Shown: piece after piece, positions 62,660 through 64,000 of the stretch
How positions within the stretch are numbered: position 1 is the first letter of the stretch
Layout of the letters: each line of letters begins with the position of its first letter
From: Thalia democratica
Taxonomy: Eukaryota
DNA length: 64,000 nt
Reading direction: 5' to 3'
Assembly (NCBI GenBank): GCA_965202585.1
Contig: OZ241832.1
Span: 17,422,001 to 17,486,000, forward strand
The notes under the pieces: model-generated
Database searches by the model: none
The model's input: only the letters and a program-made list of their open reading frames with translations
Told to the model about the DNA's origin: nothing
Translations under genes and position numbers: made by a program

Positions 62660-64000
62660 CAAAACAAAGTTAATATTTTCCATCTTGACATCGTTGATAT
62701 CAACCACATGTTGTTGTTGTGATACCACATGAAGCACTGTGTTTCATTATGACGTAACAAACAAGACGTATGCGGCGTGTTTATATACATGTATAATTTC
62801 TCCTTCTGTATATCGTGCTGCAACTTTCGCAAAAAATACATTTGCTTGCCTTGCAGCAGCCAAAAATTGATCTTAAAACAAGTAAAATATCGAAATGAAA
62901 TATCATACGTTACCACTTTTTGTAATAAATTTTGTTTTGATGTTTTAGTTAAATTAAAATCTTAGAAAAGGTAACTGCTAGAAAAAAAGAAAGTAGTACA
63001 AATTATTTTTTTAAGTTCTAAATCATTTTGAAAACTTTATTTGCATTGAATTAAGACAAAAGTAATTTCAAAAAACTGTTAAAAACTCTAGTATAGCCTG
63101 ATAAAGTAAAGATTAAAATATTTCTATAACTTGTAAAACATACTTGTTTTATGATTAGCTTTAAAAACTTAATCAAATTTTAATAAAACAATTTGAAAAA
63201 ACTCAAGTTTAAACTACCAAAAACTAAAATTTTTTGTAATAACAACTGTCAATCTTTGTAAAAACAAAGTCTTTGTGACATCATAAAGCAATATGAACGA
63301 TGCAATAAAAACTTTATAATCACCTTTTGCTATGTGGATATTTGTTAAACGAGTCTTTCAATGTTTTGGCAAACAATTTAGTTGTAAAATTTTTATAATA
63401 ATTTTCAATAACTAGTATAATTTTTAATAGTTTTTAAATTAATAAAATGCTTTATTTAATGACTCATTGCTACGTTTCTGTTAAAAGTAAACTTCTACAG
63501 AACAATCTGATTGTTTTTAGATATATAATTTATTCTCTACACCATATAAAATATATATAGTTGTTTTAAAATAAGGCAATCAACTACATATTTATACTGA
63601 AACGTCACATGAAGCAATATGTTTTATTATGACGTCACACACGAAACGTATGCGGCCACTATATCGCATGGCGAATGCGGCGGATATAGTATCTGTATAT
63701 TTTTTCCTTCTTAATGTTATGCTGCGTTTTTAGTGAGAAATACATTTGCTTGCCTTGCAGCAGCAAAAACTGATCTTAAAATGAGGAATATATCGAAATG
63801 AAATATTATTCGTTACCACTTTTTGTAATAAATTTTCGCTTTTGGTGTTTTAGTTGAAGCAAGACTTGAAAAAGTTAACCCCCAAAAAATGTGATTGAAT
63901 ATTTAAGAAAAAGAGTTCTAACTTATTTTGAAAACAGTCAAAGCCTTGATCTGCTATGAATAAAGTCGGTAACTGTTTGTTAATAACTGTAATGATGTCA
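62660..64000 (+). repeat. Two tandem partial copies (~0.9 kb period) of the unit-start module
   Basis: 62715-63270 is repeated at 63600-64000 (e.g. atacatttgcttgccttgcagcagc...cgttaccactttttgtaataaatttt); both are homologous to 280-960. Confidence 0.8.

Larger units (their letters stand above)
42370..62660 (+). repeat. Tandem segmental duplication unit 3 (~20.3 kb)
   Basis: Colinear with units 1 and 2. Boundaries are approximate. Confidence 0.9.

Noticed and set aside
280-62660. Units as uncollapsed haplotypes or an assembly artefact
   Set aside because: Non-coding divergence and indels are far beyond allelic level, there are three distinct copies, and one is pseudogenised.
5412-62965. The many 60-110 aa ORFs in non-genic regions (e.g. 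8540-8872, 22572-22838, 38564-38833, 57508-57777)
   Set aside because: Composition mirrors AT-rich DNA (K/F/L/I/N-rich), there are no domains, and the frames are broken by stops or indels in the paralogous units.

Overview
Very AT-rich metazoan genomic DNA. An ascidian/tunicate origin is my inference, from the FLRT-type protein and the TGACGTCA-rich coding tails. The window is a head-to-tail tandem array of a ~20-21.6 kb unit: unit 1 ~280-21960, unit 2 ~21960-42370, unit 3 ~42370-62660, then two partial copies of the unit's first ~0.9 kb at the right edge. Each full unit carries one + strand FLRT-like gene (signal peptide, LRRNT, 10 LRRs, LRRCT, FN3, TM, long cytoplasmic tail). The ORF track truncates these genes. 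Conserved GT/AG sites join the large exon to a downstream exon in phase 2, giving ~777 aa (unit 1) and ~764 aa (unit 3). A conserved 97-bp upstream exon is probably the 5' exon. The unit 2 copy is a pseudogene with stops, frameshifts and an in-frame ~963-bp internal deletion, yet it keeps its splice sites, polyA signal and several nearly invariant non-coding blocks. Conserved non-coding elements are partitioned reciprocally among the three units (1+2, 1+3, 2+3), and the two intact genes share a 119-bp identical coding tract. No prokaryotic features, tRNA/rRNA, CRISPR arrays or autonomous transposon ORFs were seen. All comparisons were done by eye; no database searches were run.
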